From sequence record PQ066597.1: a stretch of 64,000 bases of DNA, one strand, 5' to 3'. The translations under genes and the position numbers were made by a program. Positions 11,626 to 21,245 of the stretch are shown here, one piece after another. The notes under the pieces are model-generated. The model was not told where the DNA came from. It saw nothing but the letters and a program-made list of their open reading frames with translations, and made no database searches. Every line of letters starts with the position of its first letter. Position 1 is the stretch's first letter.

Positions 11626-14600
11626 TTAGTTGATGAATTCGAAGAACACATCACCTTCTTTAGGACTGGTCGGTGCGTCTGTAGCAAAATCACCGTAGTA
11701 ATACGCTCTTGTCCACTGACCATCTTGTCTTACGTACTTGTTTCCGTCTGCTGGTGCTTCGAAACTATCCTTTGTGAGGACTTTATCGTTATTGATTGTT
11801 ACCTCAGATGCGGTAATACGAACCGGTAGACCGGCGTCACCAATTGCGATAAACTTTTCTGTAGAAGGTTGCGATATACTAATTATGTTCTTATCGACAT
11901 TATTTACCTGTGTGGTAATACCGAAACTATTATTGGCACCTACTTCTGCAAGCTTGAGGTTAGTTACCTTACCGTCAAACTTCATGAACGTTCTACTATC
12001 ACCAATAACCATTAGCTTATCAACACCAACTGTATCCACCTTGGCTACGTTATATCCACCAATGATGAAATCGCTGGTTTCACCAACAGAAACATCCTTG
12101 GTTGGGTCTATACCGTCATGGATTAGAGTCCATTGCCCACCCTTACGAGCGTAGAAATTCGCGTTGTTTGGTGCGTCATGTGCGTCTGTCCAAACTTTCT
12201 TAGCATCAGAACCAACACCAACAAACAGATTACCAGTAGAATATACATTCACTGGTGTTGTTGTGTCGCCGATCACTATTTTGGTTTGGGTACTTTCTAA
12301 AAGAGAACCATAAGATGTAGAAATTTTACTTTCTAATTTGAAATCGGATACAGTACCACGAAGGTTTATTTTCCCTGTGGTTCCACCAATCCTAGTTGTC
12401 ACGGTTGCAGAGTCAACGGTAAATGCAGTAATAGTACCACTATTGGTTTTTGCCATTATAGATACGTTTTCTGCTAGGGTTATATTCCTTTCGCCTACGG
12501 CTTGCCAGAAACCAACACCGTCGTCATTTACCCGAGCGTATGCCAATCCGGATTGTGGTGCATCACCGATAATACCAGTACCAGAACCACCCTGTTCAAC
12601 GACCATCCATTGGTTGTTCTTACGAGCGTAAAAACTACCATCTGCGGGTGCGTCCATACCTTGGTGCCAAACCTTAAACCGGTCTACCCCAGTACCTTGA
12701 ATATAAAGATCCGTTGCAAATACGTTAGTAGTTTCAACATCACCATATGTCAATATTCCACCAAAGTTATTGACCACGTTTAGATGTTTACCCATACCAA
12801 CATTCATCTTAAACGCTTTGTCTTGGTCCATGACCAATTCGCTGACATTTCCCTTAAACGCGAGGTTTGTATTAGCAGAACCAATATTTATTGTAGTGTT
12901 ATCTAATTTAATAACATCTGCGCCTGCATAACCAATTACCGCATTCTGGTTTAGGGTAAATCCATTCTCTGGGTTAACGTCGGTGATATATTTTTTGTAG
13001 TTCCCAATATGAAGAACATCAAATTCACCGGTTGGTGTGTTATACTTGAAAGAATCGATATCCTTACCAACCATAACTATATTCTTATCACTCTGACCAA
13101 CTTTTATAGTTTGATCGGTAGAGCCAAGAATAGTTTTCCCATATTTTCTGATATCAGAGGTTGTATCAAGAGAAATATTTCCGATAATGTCGCCGACTAT
13201 ACGGAGTTTGGTTGTTCCGTTATGACCAAAGGTCGGGATATATTTCCCATCAGAACCAGTAGAATAAGAAACAAGGGTGGTTCCGTCGATGGCGGTAATC
13301 TTATTGTTATCACCAACCACAAAGTTAGTGGTAAACAAATCTCGCCATACCCAGTTAGCACCATCATATTCTCGCGACCATACAGCACCAAGCCTAGTTT
13401 CTGTTGGGTTAGGGATATAACCAGCACCATTTTTATAATCACGGTACATCTGTTCATACATATCTTTCGATGCTTGATATGAACCAATTCTACGGTAATC
13501 GTCGTCAGCGACGTTTTTTGTCCCTTCTACCTTGATAACCAAACCTGTGTTTGGATTACCTACGGTATTTTGTAGATCCTCAATAGAAGTTCTATATTCG
13601 ACGTTAACAGTAGTTGATATACTCGAAACACGACCATCAAGATCTTCGAAATGTTCTTTCTCTCTCTGGTCTACTTCTTTAACTTTTCCCTGCAATCCAT
13701 CCAAAGGACTAGATCCTAGAATACCTTCGTTATTCTCCATACGGACACGTAGATCATTAATTCTACCCCAAGCGGTGGTATCCAGTGTGGAATCACTAGC
13801 CGAACCAAGAGAACGAGCCAAGTCATCAGACAGACCCTCGGTTTGTTTGGCGATCCCACTAATATAATCCACGTCTTTCTTGACATGTAAAGAATAATCG
13901 TATAGATTACCTACTGTTTGATAAGAATCTGTTTGTACATCAAGGTATTGAAGAGGGAATTCACCGTACCCAGTGTGTTCTACAAGTTCTTGAACCAAAG
14001 GTGAATTTGTTTCGTCGGCCATTTCTAAATCGCCGATACGAGAATAAATGTTCCTTGTTGGATCCGGGTCTTGTCCAAGTTCGGTTCTAATCTGGTTAAC
14101 TTCTTCCCTCAAAGATGCAGGAGTTGAGTCTTCCCACCATTTTTCAAGAGAAGTAACACGAACATCAAGGTTGACACCAGTGTTATAGTTACGTTCGATC
14201 TGACCTTTCACCCCAGAAGAAAGTGAGCCGGGTGATGGAACACCATCGATATCAAAATCCTTATAATTACCCAACATTTTTTTGATATGAAGGTCATCTG
14301 CTCGGAGAGTTCGGAATCTAAGAGATGGATCGCCAACTCCGATATTATCGGAAATTGACTGGATTTTTGCGTCGAGGATTACGTCGGTTTCTTTGATGTC
14401 TTCAAGGATCCCACTATGGACATCCATTTCGGTTTCCAAATCACCAACTCGCTGATATAAATCTCGTCCGTCACCAGCATTAATTATATCATCATGAATA
14501 TTCACCTTGTCGATAACTTCCGACATCTTAGAAAGGATTGTTTCTTGGTTTTTATCCAATATCTCTACGTTAGCAGAAATTTGAGTAGAGGGACGGTTTA

Positions 14601-14751
14601 AAACGCCCCCTTTATCACCAACAATAGTAGGATCCGCCCCTTGCGGCTGCTCACCATTTTTAATCCATTCAACCTGCTTTTGACCAGAACCAGCAACAGG
14701 CATATCAGAAGTATATTTCAGGTCATCCAATACAGGTTTAATAATTTCCAT
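11626..14751 (-). CDS. wac: fibritin (whisker/collar), extended to 1041 aa
   Basis: N-terminal WIKNGE...GVLNRPST...NVEILDKN; segmented coiled coil; several foldon-like APxDGxxYxRxxxxW motifs. Confidence 0.92.
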   Translation of the reverse strand: MEIIKPVLDDLKYTSDMPVAGSGQKQVEWIKNGEQPQGADPTIVGDKGGVLNRPSTQISANVEILDKNQETILSKMSEVIDKVNIHDDIINAGDGRDLYQRVGDLETEMDVHSGILEDIKETDVILDAKIQSISDNIGVGDPSLRFRTLRADDLHIKKMLGNYKDFDIDGVPSPGSLSSGVKGQIERNYNTGVNLDVRVTSLEKWWEDSTPASLREEVNQIRTELGQDPDPTRNIYSRIGDLEMADETNSPLVQELVEHTGYGEFPLQYLDVQTDSYQTVGNLYDYSLHVKKDVDYISGIAKQTEGLSDDLARSLGSASDSTLDTTAWGRINDLRVRMENNEGILGSSPLDGLQGKVKEVDQREKEHFEDLDGRVSSISTTVNVEYRTSIEDLQNTVGNPNTGLVIKVEGTKNVADDDYRRIGSYQASKDMYEQMYRDYKNGAGYIPNPTETRLGAVWSREYDGANWVWRDLFTTNFVVGDNNKITAIDGTTLVSYSTGSDGKYIPTFGHNGTTKLRIVGDIIGNISLDTTSDIRKYGKTILGSTDQTIKVGQSDKNIVMVGKDIDSFKYNTPTGEFDVLHIGNYKKYITDVNPENGFTLNQNAVIGYAGADVIKLDNTTINIGSANTNLAFKGNVSELVMDQDKAFKMNVGMGKHLNVVNNFGGILTYGDVETTNVFATDLYIQGTGVDRFKVWHQGMDAPADGSFYARKNNQWMVVEQGGSGTGIIGDAPQSGLAYARVNDDGVGFWQAVGERNITLAENVSIMAKTNSGTITAFTVDSATVTTRIGGTTGKINLRGTVSDFKLESKISTSYGSLLESTQTKIVIGDTTTPVNVYSTGNLFVGVGSDAKKVWTDAHDAPNNANFYARKGGQWTLIHDGIDPTKDVSVGETSDFIIGGYNVAKVDTVGVDKLMVIGDSRTFMKFDGKVTNLKLAEVGANNSFGITTQVNNVDKNIISISQPSTEKFIAIGDAGLPVRITASEVTINNDKVLTKDSFEAPADGNKYVRQDGQWTRAYYYGDFATDAPTSPKEGDVFFEFIN

Positions 14752-14785
14752 TAGTTTTTACCCCATTAGTTTTATATATTAGTAT

Positions 14786-16138
14786 TTAGGTTGTTTGGTA
14801 TATGTCATTAACACCCCAAACATGCCATATAATACAGTTGTCACCCGTGGTATGGAAATAAGTACCATTAGCGTTAAACCTACCAATCCACCAAGTAGAA
14901 TCGGTGTCTGCAATCCACCAAGCGTTAGCGAAATTATCTTGAAGGATAGAAATTTGAGCCTTCGATATATAGTTAGACTTCATATGTCTACCATCATCAC
15001 CAGAGGATACAACTATTAACCCATCGTAATTCCACCACGGTTGTGACATATTAAAGTCACCACTTTTATGACCACCATATGGAGCAGCATTAAAAATCAA
15101 TTGTCTATCAGTTCTATTAAGAGTTACTGCACTTCCACGATTAACCTTTCCATTTATTTGGTTTTGTTTATCCTCGAATGCTCCAACTGCCCAATCATAT
15201 CTAACAACCGCATTAGGTGAACCATCTTGGGGATTTGTAAGATATATATTTGGGGTAATCAATGCACCGGTCATTGTTCCCCCAGTTTTTGCAACTAAGG
15301 TTGTTGCTCCATGAGAACTTAACGCTTTATTCGTTGCCCCTTGCACAGCAACGTCTGTCAATGCAACAATACCCCACTGGGAAGACGATGCAATTGGAAG
15401 AGTTGCGGGGCTAATGGCTACGTCAGTTGCAGTACGGGCATTAGACTCGGCTTGAGTTGCCATTTTTACTGTACCAACTCTTGATTGAGTTGCACGAGTC
15501 TCAATAAAGCCTTTCGGGCTAACTGCTACACCGTTATGTAAAGCCGCATTAATTACTGGGGATGGGGAAATCTTAACTATCCCAGAGGTCAATTCAGTTG
15601 CACCGGAATTTGCAGTAACTGCGAACTTATCTATCATTGCCTTAACAACATCAGGACTTGTTGCAGTAGTTGAATCAGTCCCTTGTTGTCCAATGGTAAT
15701 CGTCGATAATTTCAACGTACCAGCTTTTGTGGTAGAACCAATTGCTTTTGTTCTGATGATATCCCATATACCAGCCGTATTAATGCCTATAGATGCGCTT
15801 GCTGCTGTTTCTAGACGTTCCGCGCTGGTAGCGTACCTAACTAGACCCTTAACCGTTTCTGATGCATCTGGGCGCACCCATTTGGCTTGTAGGGTCTTGG
15901 GAGTAACGATTGCATCAGCCACGGTTCCTGCCAATACTTCCGCTTCCGTCGCAATCCTGAGAATACCCATTTTTGTTTCGGTCGCTTTCATATCCTCATA
16001 CCTTCCAATTGCATGGGGTTGTATGAGTTCAGCCATTTTTTGTACATCATTAGTTGTTGCTGGGAAATTAGTGGTGCTAGGATCTAGCACCACATCAACA
16101 GCTTTAGAACTAATATGTTGTTCTGTATTATTAATCAT
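14786..16138 (-). CDS. 12: short tail fibre gp12
   Basis: NNTEQHISSKA...FPATTNDVQ start; repeated G.LRIAT.AE units; position after gp11. Confidence 0.9.
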   Translation of the reverse strand: MINNTEQHISSKAVDVVLDPSTTNFPATTNDVQKMAELIQPHAIGRYEDMKATETKMGILRIATEAEVLAGTVADAIVTPKTLQAKWVRPDASETVKGLVRYATSAERLETAASASIGINTAGIWDIIRTKAIGSTTKAGTLKLSTITIGQQGTDSTTATSPDVVKAMIDKFAVTANSGATELTSGIVKISPSPVINAALHNGVAVSPKGFIETRATQSRVGTVKMATQAESNARTATDVAISPATLPIASSSQWGIVALTDVAVQGATNKALSSHGATTLVAKTGGTMTGALITPNIYLTNPQDGSPNAVVRYDWAVGAFEDKQNQINGKVNRGSAVTLNRTDRQLIFNAAPYGGHKSGDFNMSQPWWNYDGLIVVSSGDDGRHMKSNYISKAQISILQDNFANAWWIADTDSTWWIGRFNANGTYFHTTGDNCIIWHVWGVNDIYQTT

Positions 16139-16140
16139 TT

Positions 16141-17112
16141 TTAACCAATCCTTTTCCAGTAATAAAGTGTTGTTACCGTGGTATCAATTGCAACTTTATC
16201 TTCTTTGAAAAACATTTCCCAATATCCGTAACCATAAGATGCAGGAGATCCAACAACCCAATCGATGGTCATCCCATATTCTGACCATGGTTCTGGTGTA
16301 TGATCACGAAGGTCTCTATATGTGAAGTTTATAGAATCACTAGAAAGTTTAGTAACATCCCTCACATATAAACCATCCACTTCAAATTGTTTAAGTAAAT
16401 CGAATACTTTATCTCTAACAAATGTCGGACTTACACCATCTGCAACTTCAATTCGAGTACCAAATACATCAAGAACAACAGGCATACCAGAAATTGGAGA
16501 GGAAATAGCACCAGAAAAGGTTAATGTATCGATTTGTGGTTTTCCGCCGGGGTCCGTATTATCTATATTTATAATAACAGAACCTTTATTAAGTCTTCCC
16601 ACATATGCAGCATCGGAAATTGCGTTTTCAACTGTCTTGAACTTGTTATGACTTCTGGCATCTTGGATTGTTAGGTTACCGATACCACCAACAACAGATA
16701 ACGTCTCTAATGTCGGGTCTCCATTAAATTCGTGGTCTGATGCTTTTCTACTCTTGATCATAGAAGCCATTCGACTTCTAGTCATATCTGTGTTTGTTCT
16801 ACCGTCAAACATAGTCACGGTTACAACAGACGAATCCAAAGAACTTAGTTCCGCACCTGATGTGGAATTAACTTCTTTAACACGACATCTGAAATAACCA
16901 TGATTATATGATGCGTTTGATGGAAGAACTCTTAGATTATCAGTTGCCGCACTAGCATCAACAACAGCAGTCCAAGCATTGCTATCTACGGAAGATTCCC
17001 AAGAATATCTAAGTTCTGCATCTACGTTGTTTGTACTTGCTAAAATAGAAAGCTGGTATGAACTACCAGCATAATATGTTAGGCTTCTTGGTTGTTGAAA
17101 AATACTTATCAT
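16141..17112 (-). CDS. 11: baseplate wedge/tail pin gp11 with N-terminal Ig-like domain
   Basis: gp11-like core GNLTIQD...VENAISD, ends YYWKRIG; start taken at the TAATG overlap with gp10. Confidence 0.85.
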   Translation of the reverse strand: MISIFQQPRSLTYYAGSSYQLSILASTNNVDAELRYSWESSVDSNAWTAVVDASAATDNLRVLPSNASYNHGYFRCRVKEVNSTSGAELSSLDSSVVTVTMFDGRTNTDMTRSRMASMIKSRKASDHEFNGDPTLETLSVVGGIGNLTIQDARSHNKFKTVENAISDAAYVGRLNKGSVIINIDNTDPGGKPQIDTLTFSGAISSPISGMPVVLDVFGTRIEVADGVSPTFVRDKVFDLLKQFEVDGLYVRDVTKLSSDSINFTYRDLRDHTPEPWSEYGMTIDWVVGSPASYGYGYWEMFFKEDKVAIDTTVTTLYYWKRIG

Positions 17113-19250
17113 TATTCTACCCTTAGCCATCTATGGGCGGTGGTTGTAGGTTGGATCACAGAGAACGGGTTTACTGTTTCGTTTGGTCTGGTATAGACAT
17201 AATCCTCTCTGTATTTCTTATAACCCGGACCACTCTCGTCTGGGTCGTATTGACACCCACCAACAAGAACATCACCATTCGGATCTGCAATAAGCGCCTT
17301 TTCCGTACTTTTTGTTCCGGGGGTATTGTCAACCGCAAGGGTTACGTCGTTTTCACCAAAAATACTACCAGCACTGTGTCTTGGTTGTCCGTTAATATCC
17401 AAATCTTGGTTATTCAGACCGTATATCGGATCGTTTGGATTCTGACTATTCCACCCAGCAACAACCTTACCCTCTGCCCAACGAACCCAAGTACCAATCC
17501 CCATATAGGTTGCTGGGTTGTTCGGGTTATGTGCGTTTTCGTAGATAGTACCAACTGGATAAAACATATCAAACAGCATTGCAATAGAGTTTGCAGGAAC
17601 GTTGATCAAATCGTTAGGATCTGGTTGTACTGTCTTTGGGGTTGGATTGAAAGGATCAGAATATCTAATTTTCCCGGTCAAAGTAACAGGAACAGTATTT
17701 ATATACTTTTTGTCTGTCTCTTTGATAATATCGTCAAGTTCAAGCAACGAACCAATATCATTGTTAAACCAACGAATCGTAATAACGTCTTCATGGTTGA
17801 ACGGTTCGTTAACCACAATATCACGCATATAACCGTTCTCATCTTCGATAGGTCCAAAATCAACACCAGTAGGAACCCAAACACCACCATTAGCAATACA
17901 AGATTCTTGAGTTAAGCTATCCGCACCCTCACAAGTAAAAAACGGAATATCACCTTGTCCAGATTTAACCAATTGACGACCGTTGACAATCATCTCTAGA
18001 GTTTTTGGGTTAAAAGTCTCACTTGGTTGGAAGCCAAATTCGGAAAGGTTAAATCTAAATTTAGCAGACAGATCCCCAACAAACCTACGCCCTGTTTCAG
18101 AAACATAATCTACAGGAACATATTGATCGGAATAAACCCGGATCGTTGCAGTTTCGTAAGAACTTCTATATGTAGCCAAACCGTCTAAGAAAGTTTCGAT
18201 AACAACAACATCACCAGCTTCGCACGGCTTTTCTAGCTTAATGGTATATCCATCAAGGTCCGTTATTTTGCTAACACCAACATAATATGAAAATTTTGAC
18301 GCGATTTTCATTTGAGCTAGAATGTCGGGGGTTTCATTCACAGAAACATATTCGCTGGTCAGCTTATCGAATTTCATTAGGTATGTTTTATCGTTATAAA
18401 CACAAACCAAACGGTCTTCGTTAAGTGGTTTCTTATTAAGGTCAAATTTTATGTATGTCTTTTTATCAGACTCTTTGGAATAAAAGGATACTATAGTATT
18501 CCCTTCAACTGTTCCAAATCTAGTTCCCTTACCAACAATAGTACCCCACCTATCGCTATCGATTTGTACCGGGTTAATATCAATCTTGGCTGGGTCTGCA
18601 ACAGTCTTTTGAACAATAGACCCATAGTTTGATTCGGGACCGTATTCCTGACCGTAATAAAGAATGTTACCGCGCTTATATACGTTAATCGAGTTTCTGT
18701 TATAACCAGACGAGAATATATTTTGAAAATCGGTTTGACCTTCGGTGGCAATAAATTCTTTTTTGGCAACAGTTGCTATGTCGTTGGATCTAATTTCACC
18801 AACATATTTACTTGGTACATAATCCCAGTTACCGGGAGAGCAATATACAAGCTCAACGTCCATGAAATTGTTTTCTAATCTGTGTGTACCAGAAGACCCT
18901 TTGATGGTATTAAATCCACCGGGAACAAGAATTACTGGGTTTCCACCCCAAGTTCCCATTACATCACGAACACGAATAACCTTACCATAATCGGCTGGTG
19001 TTCCACTCGGAAGATTGACAGTAATACGACCGGTTGTTGTATTAATTACCCACGCCTGACCCATAATAGCCGATAGAGTTTTTGTGTGGTCGCTATATGG
19101 TTTCCATGCACCAGCAGCATGAGGAATGTTACCATCCCCCAAGTTGTAGTAAAGTTCATTAAAGTTGTCGTTTGTCTTCTGACCACCTTTTCTAAGGTAA
19201 TCACCGGTTCCGTCATCAACACGATTACCAATAATAATTTGCTGTTTCAT
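17112..19250 (-). CDS. 10: baseplate wedge gp10
   Basis: MKQQIIIGNRVDDGTGDYLRKGGQKTNDNF; YPVGTIYEN; ends HRWLRVE. Confidence 0.95.
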   Translation of the reverse strand: MKQQIIIGNRVDDGTGDYLRKGGQKTNDNFNELYYNLGDGNIPHAAGAWKPYSDHTKTLSAIMGQAWVINTTTGRITVNLPSGTPADYGKVIRVRDVMGTWGGNPVILVPGGFNTIKGSSGTHRLENNFMDVELVYCSPGNWDYVPSKYVGEIRSNDIATVAKKEFIATEGQTDFQNIFSSGYNRNSINVYKRGNILYYGQEYGPESNYGSIVQKTVADPAKIDINPVQIDSDRWGTIVGKGTRFGTVEGNTIVSFYSKESDKKTYIKFDLNKKPLNEDRLVCVYNDKTYLMKFDKLTSEYVSVNETPDILAQMKIASKFSYYVGVSKITDLDGYTIKLEKPCEAGDVVVIETFLDGLATYRSSYETATIRVYSDQYVPVDYVSETGRRFVGDLSAKFRFNLSEFGFQPSETFNPKTLEMIVNGRQLVKSGQGDIPFFTCEGADSLTQESCIANGGVWVPTGVDFGPIEDENGYMRDIVVNEPFNHEDVITIRWFNNDIGSLLELDDIIKETDKKYINTVPVTLTGKIRYSDPFNPTPKTVQPDPNDLINVPANSIAMLFDMFYPVGTIYENAHNPNNPATYMGIGTWVRWAEGKVVAGWNSQNPNDPIYGLNNQDLDINGQPRHSAGSIFGENDVTLAVDNTPGTKSTEKALIADPNGDVLVGGCQYDPDESGPGYKKYREDYVYTRPNETVNPFSVIQPTTTAHRWLRVE

Positions 19251-19252
19251 TT

Positions 19253-20179
19253 TTATGCCCCAATTGCATCGATAGATTTTATATATACGTCTATCGTTGA
19301 CTGACTAATGTTTTTTATGGTCAGTAAAACAGAATTACCTGTGATGCTATAAGAAGCTTCAAATAAAAGGTTTTCTTCCGCTTTATCTGGTGTTTTGGTT
19401 CGCAGTCTAGCGTATTCAGTAGAATAAACTTTTGTATCTGCGGTACTGGTATTATTTACCATCAGTAAAGTTTCGCATGATTCTTGAAGGGCACCAACTC
19501 CACGTTGAGTAACAAAGATCATGTGTTTAACCGCGTTGAATTGTGGCTTACTAAACAAAACCACGTTTCGGTCAGCACCAACTGCGATCCCAGTAATAGT
19601 GGCGCTATATGAAGTTGCAGAGTCGCCATAAATCGATTCAAGCTTATAATTCCATTTCGAACCTGCTGGACTTGCTTCTGCTACCCATATGGTTAATTTG
19701 AAATTAGAACGGTTTACAACCAATCTATTCCCACTAGCCCCGATGGTATCACCAGAACCACTAGTCCGAATAATCACTTCTTTACCCGCACCAAACCCCA
19801 CAGAACCGTCTGTATTGACGAATTCTATACATTCCCCACCATGACCACTACCTTGAGGGAGAGTTATAGTAAGGTCTCCTGTGCCGTCCCTGATAACAGA
19901 TAGGTCGTGCATAGAACCAAATTCTACTGGGTTGCCAGACGGCTGTTCTGCCCCTGCATAGTATGCCCGAGTGTGTTTTTGATAATATCCAGTACCATGG
20001 AGGGTCTGAACGCGATTACCAAAACCAGAAGTCTTACCAATTCTGTAGTCCCCGAACACGTTCCAAATACTGTTTATATCTTGGTTTAATTTTAAGCCGC
20101 CGTCATGAAGGGTATCACCGGTTCCTTCTTGACCACGGACGCCAGTATCAACTAGCTCTTTAGGCTTTTGTACAGACAT
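19253..20179 (-). CDS. 9: baseplate wedge/long-fibre connector gp9
   Basis: GTGDTLHDGGLKLNQDINSIWNVFGD; GYYQKH. Confidence 0.92.
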   Translation of the reverse strand: MSVQKPKELVDTGVRGQEGTGDTLHDGGLKLNQDINSIWNVFGDYRIGKTSGFGNRVQTLHGTGYYQKHTRAYYAGAEQPSGNPVEFGSMHDLSVIRDGTGDLTITLPQGSGHGGECIEFVNTDGSVGFGAGKEVIIRTSGSGDTIGASGNRLVVNRSNFKLTIWVAEASPAGSKWNYKLESIYGDSATSYSATITGIAVGADRNVVLFSKPQFNAVKHMIFVTQRGVGALQESCETLLMVNNTSTADTKVYSTEYARLRTKTPDKAEENLLFEASYSITGNSVLLTIKNISQSTIDVYIKSIDAIGA

Positions 20180-20230
20180 TATTTTATATCCTTTATTTTA
20201 TAGGGTTCACCCTTGTATTTAGGAGAAAAT

Positions 20231-20262
20231 AAAAAACCCGACCTTTTATGGTCGGGTTTTTT
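20231..20262 (-). terminator. intrinsic terminator after gp8
   Basis: AAAAAACCCGACC-TTTTAT-GGTCGGGTTTTTT. Confidence 0.8.
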
Positions 20263-21245
20263 CAGAAACTAAACACCACGTTAAATTCTTCCGTTTGATC
20301 TCTAGAACGAATTACAGGTTGTCTATTATCCATATAGATAATATTCCCACTATGTCTTTCTAACTGAGATGGATCATAACTGAGTGCAGTTGCTTTTACA
20401 TCCGGATCTGCTGGTGTATTTTTAACCAAAAGTGGATTATTTATAATCCCCATCTGCCGAAAACCAGTGTTACCGATTTTGCTTGATGCGGGGAAATTAT
20501 AACTATCAAAATATGATCTAAACCTAAGTGTATTACATTTTATTCTACCAATTAGGTTATAATCATTTGGATACCAAGTTATAACGTGTTGGTATCCCCA
20601 TACATCAGGAGATGTTTTTAGTTCATCTGGAGTTGGTACTACGATATATTCATTTGAACAATCGTTTATCGCAACGTCGGTTGGTATTGTGTATAGGTAT
20701 TCCCATATATAACCATCTTGCATGTTTACACCATCAGAACGTCCTATCGGGAGTATGCTGAATATTGATGGTGTCCATTTACCACCAACTTTCAAACACT
20801 CTTCCTTGTCTTTAATGGTTTGAATTGAACACATACCATCTGATGGTACATCAACGCAACGATATACCATCCACCCAGATCCAATTTCAGTTGTATTATA
20901 CGGGGCTGAGTTGGTAACTACAATGTCACCGATATGGAAAGTGTATGGGTCTGCATATCTCTGGTCCCCCCAATCCTTACGGGGCACTACTGGACGAATA
21001 AGCTCTTTTTGGATCTTAACAGCTCCCAGCATTCTAGACCAAACATCAGAATACCCCTCTGACGTATCATCTGGATATGGTGGTGCAAATTTTGGGTCTG
21101 ATTCATTATCAGCCCATGCTTCACTTCTCCCGAAATATGCATAGAGGGTATTTTGTGTATTACCATCTCCGATAAGAGAATAAAAGTTTAAAAGGTTAGC
21201 GACCCGAAAGTCGCTAGTAACCATTGCTCTATAAATCACTGACAT
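20262..21245 (-). CDS. 8: baseplate wedge gp8
   Basis: YFGRSEAWADNE, VVPRKDWGD, DGYIWEYLYTIP, QTEEFNVVFSF. Confidence 0.95.
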   Translation of the reverse strand: MSVIYRAMVTSDFRVANLLNFYSLIGDGNTQNTLYAYFGRSEAWADNESDPKFAPPYPDDTSEGYSDVWSRMLGAVKIQKELIRPVVPRKDWGDQRYADPYTFHIGDIVVTNSAPYNTTEIGSGWMVYRCVDVPSDGMCSIQTIKDKEECLKVGGKWTPSIFSILPIGRSDGVNMQDGYIWEYLYTIPTDVAINDCSNEYIVVPTPDELKTSPDVWGYQHVITWYPNDYNLIGRIKCNTLRFRSYFDSYNFPASSKIGNTGFRQMGIINNPLLVKNTPADPDVKATALSYDPSQLERHSGNIIYMDNRQPVIRSRDQTEEFNVVFSF

